DNA of 51,019 bases from Myxococcales bacterium (GTDB lineage Bacteria; Myxococcota_A; Polyangia; Haliangiales; Haliangiaceae). Positions 17,833 to 28,434 of this stretch are shown here, in pieces; positions within the stretch are counted from its first letter, which is position 1, and each line of letters begins with the position of its first letter. The notes below the pieces were generated by a model. The model did not search any database, had not been told where the DNA came from, and was given only the letters and a program-made list of their open reading frames with translations. The position numbers were made by a program, and so were the translations under genes. The DNA lies in the NCBI GenBank assembly GCA_043775605.1, contig JAYVSF010000623.1, positions 1-51,019 on the forward strand, written 5' to 3'.

Positions 17833-18792
17833 ATGTCGAAGACCGCCACGCTCGTCACCGTGCTCACCGCGACCCTCGCCGCCACCGCCTGCTCGTCGAA
17901 GAAGGACGCGCCGAAGGCGAAGCCCGCGCCCGAGGTCAAGCCGCCCGCGCCCGAGGTCAAGCCGCCGGCGCCGCCCGCCCCGCCCGTGGCCGTCACCGAG
18001 GTCAAGGACGTCGGGCTGGCGACCCCGGAGTCGGTGCTGCCGCTGCCCGATCAGGACGTCTACCTGGTGTCCAACATCAACGGCGCGCCGACCGCGCTCG
18101 ACGACAACGGCTTCATCAGCAAGCTCGGGCCCGACGGCAAGATCGTCGAGCTCAAGTGGATCGACGGCAGCAAGCCCGACATCACGCTCAACGCGCCCAA
18201 GGGCATGGCGGTGCTCGGCGGCAACCTGTACGTCGCCGACGTCACCGCGGTCCGGATCTTCGATCTCGCGACCGGCGCGGCCAAGGGCGCGGTCGACATC
18301 AAGGGCGCGACCTTCCTCAACGACGTCGCGGCCGGCGCCGACACGATCTACGTCACCGACAGCGGCCTGACCGGCGAGCTGAAGCCGTCGGGCACCGACG
18401 CGGTCTACGCCATCGACGCCGCCGGCGCCGTCACCAAGCTGGCCGCGGGCGCGGACCTCAAGGGCCCCAACGGCGTCACCGTGATCGACGGCAACGTCTG
18501 GGCGGTGCCGTTCGGTGGCAAGGAGGCGTACCGGATCGCCGATGGCAAGCCGACCGACCTGAGCGCGCTGCCGACCGGGGGGCTCGACGGGATCGAGGCG
18601 GTCGGCGACGGCCGGGTCGTGATCTCGAGCTGGGAGGGCAAGGCCGTCTACATCGGCAAGCTGGGCGGGCCGTTCACGGCGCTGGCCGAGGGCGTCGAGT
18701 CGCCCGCCGATCTCGGCATCGATCACAAGCGGCAGCGGGTGGTCGTGCCGCTGTTCATGAGCAGCACCGTGCGCTTCATCGCGATCCCGTGA
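17833..18792 (+). CDS. Lipoprotein with a PAPEVKP repeat and a beta-propeller-like (SMP-30/NHL-like) body
   Basis: In frame with ORF 17761..18792; ATG 17833 gives MSKTATLVTVLTATLAATAC (lipobox). Followed by KPAPEVKPPAPEVKPPAPPAPP and repeated ...LYVADV... / ...IYVTDS... / ...GPNGVTVIDGNVW... strands. Confidence 0.7.
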   Translation: MSKTATLVTVLTATLAATACSSKKDAPKAKPAPEVKPPAPEVKPPAPPAPPVAVTEVKDVGLATPESVLPLPDQDVYLVSNINGAPTALDDNGFISKLGPDGKIVELKWIDGSKPDITLNAPKGMAVLGGNLYVADVTAVRIFDLATGAAKGAVDIKGATFLNDVAAGADTIYVTDSGLTGELKPSGTDAVYAIDAAGAVTKLAAGADLKGPNGVTVIDGNVWAVPFGGKEAYRIADGKPTDLSALPTGGLDGIEAVGDGRVVISSWEGKAVYIGKLGGPFTALAEGVESPADLGIDHKRQRVVVPLFMSSTVRFIAIP

Positions 18793-18810
18793 GCACGGCA
18801 TGGGCGGAAC

Positions 18811-20394
18811 CTAGGGTGCCGGACTCGACAGCTGGCGATCGATCGCGCGCAGCTCGCCCTGGACCTTGATCGCCTCGGCGGGGTCGCGCAGCGCCTGGAG
18901 AAACCCCAGCTGGCCGTAGCGTACCCGCAGGCTGGCGGCCCGCGGGTCGGCGGCATCGAACGCGCGGTTCAGCCGCTCGCCGACCGCGGCGTACAACCGG
19001 CGGAGGTCGGCGGCGTCGACCACGGGCTCGACCGGGGCCGCGCCTGGGGTCACGCCGGCATCGCGGCCAGAGGTCGCGGTCAGCGCGCGATGATCGTCGC
19101 GGACCGGCGCACGGACCGCCACCCGGCCCGGCCCGGTCGGTTCGCCCGCGCGATGGTCGCCGGCGCGAGCCGAGGTCGGGCCCGGCGGTGGGATCGCGGC
19201 TCCGCTGCTCGCACGCAGATCAGTGCCGGCGTCCACCGCGCTCGCGGCGGCGGTCGTCGATGGTGGAGGCGCGGCCCCGTCGTCGAGAGCGTGGTCGATC
19301 GCCGGCGCCGCATCGCCGGCATCCGGCGCGGCCCGCGCCAGCCGCGCGGCGTCGCTGGCGGTCGACCGCGATCGGCCGGCGATCACCCCGAGCGCGATCA
19401 CCACGACCACGACCGTCGCGATCGCCGCGACCCGGCGCCCGCGCGAGCCAGGGTGGAGCCGAGCGGTGCCGACCTCCCGCACGGTCGGCGTGGCCTCCAC
19501 CGCCGCGGACCACGGCGCTGACGTCGGCGCCTCGGGAGCGCGCGCCAGCTGCCGGAGCACCTCGACCACCACGGCGGCGCTCGCCGGGCGATCGGCCGGC
19601 TTCTTGGCCATCAGCCAGAACGCGAGGGACTCGAGCACCGGATCGACCACGAGCCCGGGCACCCGCTCGGCGATCGCCGGCGGCGTGAGCACGAGGTGCT
19701 GGCGCGCGATCTCGATGCCAGCGCCGTCGAACGGGATGACGCCGGCCAGCAGCTCGTAGAGGATCACGCCGAGCGCGAACAGATCGGTGCGGGCGTCGAG
19801 CGGGTCGGCGCTGGCTTGCTCGGGCGCCATGTACTGCGGCGTGCCCAGCACCACGCCCTGGGTCGTGACCCGACTGTGCTCGTCGGCGCCGAGGATCGCG
19901 ATGCCGAAGTCGACGATGCGGACGACCGGGCCGTCGTCGCCGGCCACCACCAGCACGTTCTCCGGCTTGAGATCGCGGTGGATGAGCCCACGCTCGTGGG
20001 CCTGGATGAGCCCGGCGGCGATCTGACCGACGAGGTTAGCGGCCACGGACGCCGCCATCGGACCGTCGTCGATCATCTCGCCGAGGCTCACGCCGTCGAC
20101 GAAGTCCATCACCAGGTACAGCAGCCCGGCCTCGGTCTCACCGACGTCGAGCACGCCGACCAGGTTGGGGTGGTCGAGGCGGCTGGCGGCCTCGGCCTCG
20201 CGGGCGAAGCGGAGGCGCAGACGATCGTCGCCGGAGACGTCGCCGAACGGCACCTTGACCGCGTAGCGTCGCGAGATCTTGACGTGGCGGGCCCGGTACA
20301 CGCGCCCGAGCCCGCCCTCGCCGATCAGCGCCTCGATCACGTAGCGTCCGCCCAGGGTCTGGCCGAGCAAGGGGTCGTCGGTGGCGGCGACCAA
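18811..20394 (-). CDS. Ser/Thr protein kinase with a single TM segment and an Ala/Pro-rich C-terminal region
   Basis: ORF 18811..20394. Motifs: GEGGLGRVYRA, YAVKV, HRDLKPENVLV, DFGIA, GTPQYMAPEQ. TM segment: VAAIATVVVVVIALGVIAG. The only in-frame start ahead of the kinase domain is TTG 20394. Confidence 0.85.
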   Translation of the reverse strand: MVAATDDPLLGQTLGGRYVIEALIGEGGLGRVYRARHVKISRRYAVKVPFGDVSGDDRLRLRFAREAEAASRLDHPNLVGVLDVGETEAGLLYLVMDFVDGVSLGEMIDDGPMAASVAANLVGQIAAGLIQAHERGLIHRDLKPENVLVVAGDDGPVVRIVDFGIAILGADEHSRVTTQGVVLGTPQYMAPEQASADPLDARTDLFALGVILYELLAGVIPFDGAGIEIARQHLVLTPPAIAERVPGLVVDPVLESLAFWLMAKKPADRPASAAVVVEVLRQLARAPEAPTSAPWSAAVEATPTVREVGTARLHPGSRGRRVAAIATVVVVVIALGVIAGRSRSTASDAARLARAAPDAGDAAPAIDHALDDGAAPPPSTTAAASAVDAGTDLRASSGAAIPPPGPTSARAGDHRAGEPTGPGRVAVRAPVRDDHRALTATSGRDAGVTPGAAPVEPVVDAADLRRLYAAVGERLNRAFDAADPRAASLRVRYGQLGFLQALRDPAEAIKVQGELRAIDRQLSSPAP

Positions 20395-20492
20395 GCGCGC
20401 GCCGTCGCGCGGACAGCGCTGGAAGGCGCCCCGAAAGGTCGCGCAGCACGCGGTGCAGGTCAGCCGCCCTTCCGCGTCGCGAGCCTCGACCG

Positions 20493-21347
20493 TCAGAAGC
20501 GCCCCCCCACGACCAGCGAGACGCCGGTGGCGCGGGCCGCGACCTCGACCCGGACCCGCGGCTCGGCCGGCGCCGAGCGCAGGTAGAGGATCGTGCCGGC
20601 GAGCGCGGACAGCGCGGCCGCCGCGAAGCTGGCGTCGGCGAGCCGGCCCCGCAGCCGGATCGAATCACGGCGATCGCCGTCGCAGCCGCCGCCCTCGCAG
20701 GCCAGGAACGCCGAGCGCGTCGACAGGCCGAGCCCGACCCCGGCGCCGAACCCGACGACGGCGAGCGCGGCCAGACTCTTGCTGGCGCCGGTCAGGTGAC
20801 GCCGGGGTCGGCCGGGGCCGGTCACGGGCACGCGCACGCTGACGTCCGCACGAAGCCGGGCCTCGGGCAAGAGCGTGACCGCGCGCGCCCGGAACACCTC
20901 CTCGGCCACGTCGCCGGGGCCGAGCAGGATGCGGGGGCGGCTGGCGTTGTGGGTGCCGTCGGCGTCGGTCCACGAGGTGTCGAGCTGGAGCTGATCGCCG
21001 AGCTGGACCAGGGCGATGAACAGCAACTGGTCGACCTCGAGCCGGCGTCCGACGTCGGTCACACAGGCGGGTCGCGCGAGGCAGCCGTCGGTCAGGCCGC
21101 CCGCCGGCAGCCGCTCGGTCACCGCGGTCCCGCCGCGGGCCTCGACCATCAGCTGGCTAGTGATCGCGGCCGCGAGCGTGCCGCTGATCTCGCTCGCCCG
21201 TGCGGGATCGACCCCGATGGCGATCTCGACGACGATCGCCACCCGCGGCGAGGCGAGCGGATCCCGAACCGGCGGGGGTACGAGCGGGCGGGCGAGGGCT
21301 TGCCCCACCAGCAGGGCGAGCAGGACCATGACCAGAGACGCGCGCAT
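20493..21347 (-). CDS. Hypothetical secreted protein (signal peptide; ends in ...VVGGRF)
   Basis: ORF 20493..21413; ATG 21347 gives MRASLVMVLLALLVGQALA. No recognisable domain. The C-terminal Phe is reminiscent of outer-membrane beta-signals, but that is weak evidence. Confidence 0.55.
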   Translation of the reverse strand: MRASLVMVLLALLVGQALARPLVPPPVRDPLASPRVAIVVEIAIGVDPARASEISGTLAAAITSQLMVEARGGTAVTERLPAGGLTDGCLARPACVTDVGRRLEVDQLLFIALVQLGDQLQLDTSWTDADGTHNASRPRILLGPGDVAEEVFRARAVTLLPEARLRADVSVRVPVTGPGRPRRHLTGASKSLAALAVVGFGAGVGLGLSTRSAFLACEGGGCDGDRRDSIRLRGRLADASFAAAALSALAGTILYLRSAPAEPRVRVEVAARATGVSLVVGGRF

Positions 21348-21441
21348 CGACCGGGGGACAATAGCGCGGCGGTCCGAGCAAGAGGAGCGGAACGGTCGAT
21401 CTGGACCAGACACGCGATCGTCAGGTCGATATGATGGGTGG

Positions 21442-22872
21442 GTGGCTGCTGGCGCTCGCTCGTTGCTCGCCGTCGCGCTGGCCGCGAGCGGGTGCAGCGT
21501 GATCTACGATCCCGATCGTCTGCTCGGCGACGGCGGCGGTGGAGGCGACGCCCGCACCGACGCGAGCAAGGCCCCCACCCTGACCGGGATCGAGGCCAGG
21601 AGCCTGGTCGAGGGCGCCGGCGTCGGCGGCAGCCGACCGGCGGTGGTGCGACTGCTCGGGACCGGCCTCGGCGGCGGCGTGGCGTTCTACGCGCAGATGC
21701 TTGGGGGATCGTTCCTGGAGATCGTCGATCGCGAGGTCAGCGCCGATGGCCACAGCGCCGTGCTGGCGATCCAGCTCCCGATCGATGCCACCTTCGGTAG
21801 CGGCGTCCGCACCCTGGCGATCAGCATCGGCAACTCGTCCGCAGACCCGGTCACGACCGAGGTCACGATGCTGCCGGAGCTGACGCTCGCGGCGGAGACC
21901 CCGACGGCGCCGTACCTGTACTCGATGATCCGCATCAGCGGCGCGACCCACATCCCGGGCGGGATCGGCCCGCTGATCCTGCACTCGACCAGCTCGATCA
22001 TCATCGACGCGGGGCTCGACGTCGATGCCGGCGATGGCGTCGGCCGCGGTGCGTGCGTGGCGGGCCCGGCTTGCCCCGGCGGTGGGCAGGCTGGCGTCGG
22101 TGGCTTCGGTGGCGGCGGCGGTGGATTCGGCTCGACCGGCGGCGGCGGTCGCCCCCTCGGTAGCGGTGGAGCTGGCGGGGCGGCAATCGGCGAGCCCATG
22201 CTCGTCCCGCTTGGAGCTGACGCCAACCGCGGCCAGCCGGGGGGCCGGGGGTTCGAGGTCGCCGCCGAGGATGCCAGCGGCGGTGGCGGGGCGGGCGCGC
22301 TGGGGTTGTGGTCCGAGGGCGACGTCTCGATCACCGCGGGCGCCCACGTGTCCGCCGCCGGTGGGGCCGGGAAGTCCGGCGTCCAGTCGGGAGTCGGCGG
22401 CGGCGGCGGCGGCGGCTCGGGGGGCGCGGTGCTGATCCATGCCGGGGGCACCCTGCACGCCTTCGCGGGCGCCGTCGACTGTCCGGGCGGCGCCGGCGCC
22501 CACGATCAGTTCGACGGCGGCGACGGCGGCGGCGGTCGGGTGCGGATCGACGCCGCGATCGTCGACGGGGCATCAGGCGCGATCGACAAGGTGGTCGCGG
22601 CTGGCGAAGCCTATCGTGGACCGTCGTTCGTGGCCGAGACTCCCCTGCTGTCCGGCATGGCCAGCATCGACATCGACGTGGTCGGCACGCCGGGCGCCAC
22701 GCTGATCCTGACCGGTGCGGACGAGCCTCTGTTCGCGACGCCCGACATGGCCGGCTCGGGGCGGTTCGCGAGTGTGCCCCTGGCCGCCGGCATCCATCGG
22801 CTGTGCGTCACCGTCGCCGGCCTCTCGGACGACCCTCTCGGGCTTAGCTGCATCGACCTCGCGGTGCCATAG
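21442..22872 (+). CDS. Glycine-rich lipoprotein of unknown function
   Basis: In frame with ORF 21016..22872; GTG 21442 gives (M)AAGARSLLAVALAASGC (lipobox). Long GGxGG tracts (GGFGGGGGGFGSTGGGG, GVGGGGGGGSGG). The 5' part of the listed ORF is antisense to the previous gene. Confidence 0.6.
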   Translation: MAAGARSLLAVALAASGCSVIYDPDRLLGDGGGGGDARTDASKAPTLTGIEARSLVEGAGVGGSRPAVVRLLGTGLGGGVAFYAQMLGGSFLEIVDREVSADGHSAVLAIQLPIDATFGSGVRTLAISIGNSSADPVTTEVTMLPELTLAAETPTAPYLYSMIRISGATHIPGGIGPLILHSTSSIIIDAGLDVDAGDGVGRGACVAGPACPGGGQAGVGGFGGGGGGFGSTGGGGRPLGSGGAGGAAIGEPMLVPLGADANRGQPGGRGFEVAAEDASGGGGAGALGLWSEGDVSITAGAHVSAAGGAGKSGVQSGVGGGGGGGSGGAVLIHAGGTLHAFAGAVDCPGGAGAHDQFDGGDGGGGRVRIDAAIVDGASGAIDKVVAAGEAYRGPSFVAETPLLSGMASIDIDVVGTPGATLILTGADEPLFATPDMAGSGRFASVPLAAGIHRLCVTVAGLSDDPLGLSCIDLAVP

Positions 22873-23031
22873 GCCCCCGTGGCGGGGCCGACCGGGCGAC
22901 TGCACGTCCAGCAGAATCAGGAGCTTGAACAGATCGGGCGTCGCTGTGAGCGGGGAGCGTTGCGACGTGTCAACCGACCGACGCCGTCGCGTATCTAGGG
23001 TCTCGAAGTGTACGCGCAAGGCCCCCTACCC

Positions 23032-23634
23032 ATGGCGACCGGAGCCACGTTGACCGTGACCGCCACGGACGCGCGCAGCCGCCTCCTCGCCGAGCTGGCC
23101 GACGGGCCGGCCCGCCGCGGATATCGCATCGCCCAGGACCTGCTAGGCAACCGGGCCGAGGCCGAGGAGGCGGTGCAGGAGTCGCTGGCCCGGGCCTGCG
23201 AGAATCTCGAGGACCTGCGCGAGCCGGGCGCCGCCGCCGGCTGGTTCCTGCGCATCGTCACCACCACCTGCCTGCGCGTCCTGCGCCGGCGGCGGCTGCG
23301 GCGGGCGGTGTTCGGGCGCTGGTTCGGTGGCGAGCAGCCGCGCGAGTCCGACCAGGCAGCGCGCGGGCTGCCAGCTGGCGACGACGTCCCGCTGCACGGC
23401 ACGGTCTCCGATCGCGCCGACCACGCGCTGGGCGCACGCCGCGACATCGCGGCCATGCTCGGCAACCTCGAGTCGCTGCCGGCCAAGCAGCGCGCGGCCC
23501 TGGTGCTGCGCTACGGCCACGACCTGCCGGTGCCCGAGGTGGCGAGCGCGCTCGGCGTCGAGCTGGCGACCGCCAAGACCCACCTGGTCCGCGGGCTGGC
23601 CCGCCTGCGCGAGCTGATGGAGGCGTCGCGATGA
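23032..23634 (+). CDS. ECF-type RNA polymerase sigma-70 factor
   Basis: ORF 23008..23634; ATG 23032. Region 2: [25 protein letters not shown]...[18 protein letters not shown]. Region 4: [51 protein letters not shown]. Confidence 0.85.
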   Translation: MATGATLTVTATDARSRLLAELADGPARRGYRIAQDLLGNRAEAEEAVQESLARACENLEDLREPGAAAGWFLRIVTTTCLRVLRRRRLRRAVFGRWFGGEQPRESDQAARGLPAGDDVPLHGTVSDRADHALGARRDIAAMLGNLESLPAKQRAALVLRYGHDLPVPEVASALGVELATAKTHLVRGLARLRELMEASR

Positions 23635-24109
23635 GCCCCTGTGATGTCATCGCCGAGGCGGTGGTCATGGGCGAGCTGCTTTCGGCGGACGACCAGGGCC
23701 ACGTCGACGGCTGCGCTGCCTGCCGGCGGTTGACCGCGCTGCCCGCCCTGCTGGCGGCGACCACCAGCGCCGAGCCGCCCCGGCCCGGATTCTCGGCCCG
23801 GATGATGGCCGCGACCCGCGAGCGGCTCGACCAGCGCCGTCGACGTCGATTCGCGACCTTCACCTTCGGCCTCGCCGCCGCCGCTGCCAGCGCGGTGGCC
23901 GTCGACCGACGCTTCGTCCGCGATCATGGCTCGACCGTGGCCGAGCCCGCGCTGCCGTCCGCGTCGACCGGCGAGCCGGTTGACCCCGAGCTGCGCGCGG
24001 CGCTGGAGTCGCTCAGCTTCAAGCGCGCCATGGCGCCCGTCGCGAAGTGGAACGACATCGAACGTCCGATCCAGAACTACCGCGTCCTGCTCCGCAAGGG
24101 AGGTCTCAA

Positions 24110-24113
<4 letters not shown>
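23631..24113 (+). CDS. Anti-sigma factor (zf-HC2 type) with one TM segment
   Basis: The ATG overlaps the sigma stop (ATGA). H-x3-C-x2-C motif: [12 protein letters not shown] segment: [18 protein letters not shown]. Confidence 0.7.
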
Positions 24114-25252
<1,139 letters not shown>

Positions 25253-25312
25253 CCGCCGGTCACCGAGGGTGTGCGAGCAGCCGCGACCCGCTTCTGCTAT
25301 AGCTCGGCGGCG

Positions 25313-25942
25313 ATGAAGCTGTCCCCGTGGTCGCTGCTGGTCGGCGCGTCGGTCGTCCTCGGGTGCGGCGATCACGCCTCGCCGGATCGGTCGGCGGCGC
25401 CGAGCCGGGTCGCGACCGAGGTGCCCGCGGCCGCGATCGACGCCGGGGTCACCGCGTTGCCGGCCTACGATCCGGCGAGCGGGTTCCACCTCGATCCCGA
25501 CGTCGGCGACGCGCCACGGCCGGCTGGCCCGCGCGGCGCACGCGACCGCAAGATCGTGCAGCTGTTGTTGCGCTCCACGCCGCCGGGGGCGATGGCGGCG
25601 GTCGACGGCGTGCGCGTGGGGCCGACGCCTGTCCTGTGGGAGGGGCTCGCCGCCGGCGACCCGCGCGAGTTCACCTTCGTGCTCCCCGGTCACGCGCTGG
25701 CGCGCTATCAGTTCGTGCCGATCACCGATGGCATCGTCCACGGGACGCTCGCCCGCATTCCCGACGACGAACGGACCCCGGAGCTGCCGGCAACGACGAT
25801 CGCGCCGCCCGCGCGGACCGTACCCCGTCCGCCGCCCCCGCCCACGCCAGCCGTCGCGCCCACGGTCGATGCTGCCGGCCCGACCGAGGCCGTCCCGCTG
25901 ATCGACGGCGGCGCACCGGCGCCGGGCACGCCTCCTGCCTGA
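25313..25942 (+). CDS. PEGA-domain lipoprotein
   Basis: In frame with ORF 25271..25942; ATG 25313 gives MKLSPWSLLVGASVVLGCG. PEGA-like segment: LLLRSTPPGAMAAVDGVRVGPTPVLWEGLAAGDPREFTFVLPGHALARYQFVP. Confidence 0.7.
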   Translation: MKLSPWSLLVGASVVLGCGDHASPDRSAAPSRVATEVPAAAIDAGVTALPAYDPASGFHLDPDVGDAPRPAGPRGARDRKIVQLLLRSTPPGAMAAVDGVRVGPTPVLWEGLAAGDPREFTFVLPGHALARYQFVPITDGIVHGTLARIPDDERTPELPATTIAPPARTVPRPPPPPTPAVAPTVDAAGPTEAVPLIDGGAPAPGTPPA

Positions 25943-27157
25943 TCAGGGCGCGAGCCGGTAGAAGCGGAGGGCCTTGCCACCGCGGGCGAAGCCCAGGTTC
26001 TTCTCGAGGACCCACAGCGTGTCGCCCGACCAGCCCCAGGTCAGCTTCTTCTTCGCCGCGAAGATGCGCGCGCGGCGCACGGCGCGGTTGCCGTCGACCT
26101 CGAACAGATCGAGATACTCGGGGTCGGCCTTCTGCCGGGCGACCGCCGTCGGGTTGACCGGGTCGACCACCAGCGAGAGCCACACCCGGTCGCCGCGCAT
26201 CGCCAGCCGGGCCGTCGCGGGGTCGTAGTTCGCCAGCGGGGGATCGAGCGTGATCGCCGTCGGCGCGCCGTCCCGCCAGAGCTGGAGGTCGCTGCCGTCG
26301 CCGGGGACGTGGACGAAGACCCGCTGACCATGGTGCTCGGTCAGGATGTCGAGGTTGCGTCGGTGCGCGAGCAGGTCAGGGATCGGTGCGTCCTTGATCC
26401 ACTTGCTGGTGACCAGGTCGTACATGGCCTGGGTGTCGGGGGACCGCTGGTCCTCGTGCCGGCGCCAGACCCCGCCGCGAAGCCCGGCGGCCACGGTGTG
26501 ATCGTCGACGAAGTAGTCGACCCGCAGATCGAGCTTGGCGTCGCGGCCATCGGTGCCGATGACCACCTTGCCGCCCAGCTTCGGCACGCGCTTCGCCGTG
26601 AGCAGGTCGAACAGCGCGATCTGGAACTGGTCGCCCTTGGCCGACGCGCTCCGGGTGTACGCCACGACCAGATCCTTGCCGCCGATCTTCCGCAGGGTGA
26701 GGTCGGTGGCGGCCGCGTGGCGCTTGACCACCTTGCCGGTCAGCTCGATCAGGGCGCCGGTCACCGGCCCACCGGCCGGGTCGTCCGCGACCACGAACAG
26801 GCGCGAGCCGAGCAGGTACATCCGCCGGACCGTGGGCATCACCGGCCCCAGGTCCACCTTCGCCTGGCTGACACCATCGGGCCCGAGCACGGTCGCCTCG
26901 GCCAGCGCGGCCCCGTCGGTCACCACCACCGCCAGGCGGGCGCCGTCGCTGGCCATCGGGTCGTCGACGAACCCGCGGTCGGGCACCAGGCTCCCGGTCG
27001 ACATCAGCCCCACCAGTTCGGGGGGCGGCGGCGCCGGCACGATCTTCGTCGGCCCGGGTCGAGGCGGCCCCGGCTGCGCCCCCGCCGGCTCGAGGGCGGC
27101 TGACACCACGAGAATGACGAACAGGGCGGCGACGCACGTGGCAGCTCGAGTGATCAT
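25943..27157 (-). CDS. Hypothetical secreted protein
   Basis: ORF 25943..27202; ATG 27157 gives MITRAATCVAALFVILVVSAALEPAGA. No recognisable domain. Its stop abuts the stop of the PEGA gene (TGATCA at 25940-25945). Confidence 0.6.
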   Translation of the reverse strand: MITRAATCVAALFVILVVSAALEPAGAQPGPPRPGPTKIVPAPPPPELVGLMSTGSLVPDRGFVDDPMASDGARLAVVVTDGAALAEATVLGPDGVSQAKVDLGPVMPTVRRMYLLGSRLFVVADDPAGGPVTGALIELTGKVVKRHAAATDLTLRKIGGKDLVVAYTRSASAKGDQFQIALFDLLTAKRVPKLGGKVVIGTDGRDAKLDLRVDYFVDDHTVAAGLRGGVWRRHEDQRSPDTQAMYDLVTSKWIKDAPIPDLLAHRRNLDILTEHHGQRVFVHVPGDGSDLQLWRDGAPTAITLDPPLANYDPATARLAMRGDRVWLSLVVDPVNPTAVARQKADPEYLDLFEVDGNRAVRRARIFAAKKKLTWGWSGDTLWVLEKNLGFARGGKALRFYRLAP

Positions 27158-27216
27158 GGCAGCACGGCCGGGAGTGCCACGAGGCCGCGCCGCATGCAAC
27201 ACGCCCGAGGCCCGCT

Positions 27217-27317
27217 GGTGTCAGCCACCGCAGCCCCGCCCGGAAGGTGTCAGCCACCGCAGCCCCGCCGGAAGGTGTCAGCCGCCCGAGTCGATCGACG
27301 CGCTGGTGTCAGCCACC
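27217..27317 (+). repeat. Motif cluster A: four phased copies of GGTGTCAGCCACC (one variant, GGTGTCAGCCGCC)
   Basis: Copies at 27217-27229, 27246-27258, 27274-27286 (variant) and 27305-27317, with a period of 28-31 bp. The first two units share the spacer GCAGCCCCGCC(C)GGAA. The last copy contains the psuG stop codon. Confidence 0.9.
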
Positions 27318-28223
27318 CAGACCCGCGAGCGCTACGGCAAGCCCCGCCCCTACCTCTGCGTTGTGACGAGCGAGTGACCGGTTAGCCTGCACCGCCCGCC
27401 CCGCCGTGACCCGCGCCAGCTGCGCAAGGAGGAATGGCGTGAGTCGCTTGCCGGTGATCGCAGCATCAGCGGCGGTGCGGAGGGCTTGCCCGATCGCCGC
27501 CTCGAGTTCGTCCGCGGGAAGTTCGTCCTGCTCGGGAATGGGGTTGCAGACCAGCACGCCGCCCTGCTGGAAGCGCGTCCACCGGTGCTGGCAGACGCGG
27601 GCCAAGTCAGCGAGGTTCTCCACGTGGTGCTCCAGGGCCAACCCCGACCGCCTGCCATAGAACGCCGGGAACTCTCGACATCGATAGCCCACCACCAGGA
27701 CACCGAGCGTCTCGAGCGTCTCCAGCGTGCGAGGAAGGTCGAGGATGGCCTTGGCGCCGGCCGACACCACGGCCAACGGCGCCCGCGCTAGCACGGTGAG
27801 GTCGTGCGAGACGTCGCTCGCGTCCCCGCGATGAACGCCGCCGATGCCGCCAGTCGCGAACACGCGGATCCCTGCGCGGACCGCCAACGTGGCGGTCGCG
27901 CTGACCGTCGTGGCCGCATCTGAACCCCGTGCGGTGTGCATGGCGAGATCGGTTGCGCCTGCCTTGGCGAACGCGGACCCCTGCTGCGCCACCACCGCCA
28001 GCGTGTCGGCATCGAGCCCGATCCGGACCTCGCCACGGACGATCGCGATCGTCGCGGGGACCGCGCCCCCGGCCCGCACGGTTGCCTCGATTTCGCGCGC
28101 GACTGCCAGGTTTTCGGGATACGGCAACCCGTGGGCGATGATCGTAGACTCGAGCGCGACGACCGGCGCGCCGTCGTCGAGCGCCGCCGCGACCTCGGAC
28201 GCGAGCACGAAGGGTGGGAGCAC
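27309..28223 (-). CDS. psuG: Pseudouridine-5'-phosphate glycosidase (IndA/PsuG family)
   Basis: ORF 27309..28253: ...SEVAAALDDGAPVVALESTIIAHGLPYPENLAVAREIE...VFATGGIGGVHRG...DVSHDL..L... The likely start is GTG 28223 (VLPPFVLASEV). The first 10 listed codons are encoded by motif copy B1. Confidence 0.85.
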   Translation of the reverse strand: MLPPFVLASEVAAALDDGAPVVALESTIIAHGLPYPENLAVAREIEATVRAGGAVPATIAIVRGEVRIGLDADTLAVVAQQGSAFAKAGATDLAMHTARGSDAATTVSATATLAVRAGIRVFATGGIGGVHRGDASDVSHDLTVLARAPLAVVSAGAKAILDLPRTLETLETLGVLVVGYRCREFPAFYGRRSGLALEHHVENLADLARVCQHRWTRFQQGGVLVCNPIPEQDELPADELEAAIGQALRTAADAAITGKRLTPFLLAQLARVTAGRAVQANRSLARHNAEVGAGLAVALAGLGG

Positions 28224-28238
28224 TAACGCAGGGTAGCA

Positions 28239-28274
28239 GGTGGCTGACACCACGACGCCCAGGTGGCTGACACC
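28239..28274 (-). repeat. Motif cluster B: two copies of GGTGGCTGACACC (reverse orientation relative to cluster A)
   Basis: Copies at 28239-28251 and 28262-28274, 23 bp apart, each preceded by CA. The second reads CAGGTG-GCTGA-CACCTG, a 6-bp stem with a 5-nt loop. Confidence 0.9.
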
Positions 28275-28341
28275 TGCGCCGCTGGCCGCATCGTGAGGCG
28301 CGTCGACGTCCGCACGCCACTGGCTCCTCGCCTAGCCTGGC

Positions 28342-28356
28342 GTCCGGTATTCGGAC
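28342..28356. promoter_or_regulatory. Dyad GTCCG-gtatt-CGGAC (candidate enhancer/operator) upstream of the RAYT-like gene
   Basis: The CGGAC half starts 56 nt upstream of the -24 GG at 28408. This is the same distance as the equivalent dyad upstream of comM. Confidence 0.45.
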
Positions 28357-28406
28357 ACTCAGGCCTGGCGACGACCTGCGTGTGTTGCAAATCAAGGGCT
28401 TGGGTT

Positions 28407-28422
28407 CGGCACGATCCGTGCT
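28407..28422 (+). promoter_or_regulatory. Candidate sigma-54 promoter cGGCACG-atcc-GTGCT
   Basis: Matches TGGCACG-N4-TTGCW at 11 of the 12 specified positions when the first T is included as a mismatch (10 of 12 strictly). GG-to-GC spacing is canonical. The C of the GC (28421) lies 14 nt before ATG 28435. Preceded by AATCAAGGGCTTG (WATCAANNNNTTR-like) at 28390-28402. Confidence 0.5.
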
Positions 28423-28434
28423 GTGGCGGGCGCC

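Noticed and set aside
21431-21441. ATGATG at 21431 as the start of the Gly-rich lipoprotein.
   Set aside because: It is out of frame with the long ORF and hits a stop after 23 codons. The in-frame GTG 21442 gives a canonical lipoprotein signal peptide. A sequencing frameshift cannot be excluded.
27158-27180. TGGCAC ... GTGCTG on the minus strand just upstream of ATG 27157, considered as another sigma-54 promoter.
   Set aside because: The spacing between the TGGCAC and TGC elements is 3-4 nt too long for a -24/-12 promoter. The TGC lies only ~5 nt from the ATG.
27217-27317. Possible CRISPR array, suggested by regularly spaced repeats with a 28-32-bp period here and at 32790-32865.
   Set aside because: The conserved unit is only 13 nt, the spacers are 15-19 nt, and adjacent units partly share identical spacers. 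There are at most four units and no cas genes in the window.
28224-28253. GTG 28253 as the psuG start (MVSATCYPAL...), as listed in the ORF track.
   Set aside because: These codons are simply motif copy B1 read in frame. PsuG homology begins around ...LASEVAAAL..., so GTG 28223 (or 28208) is more plausible.
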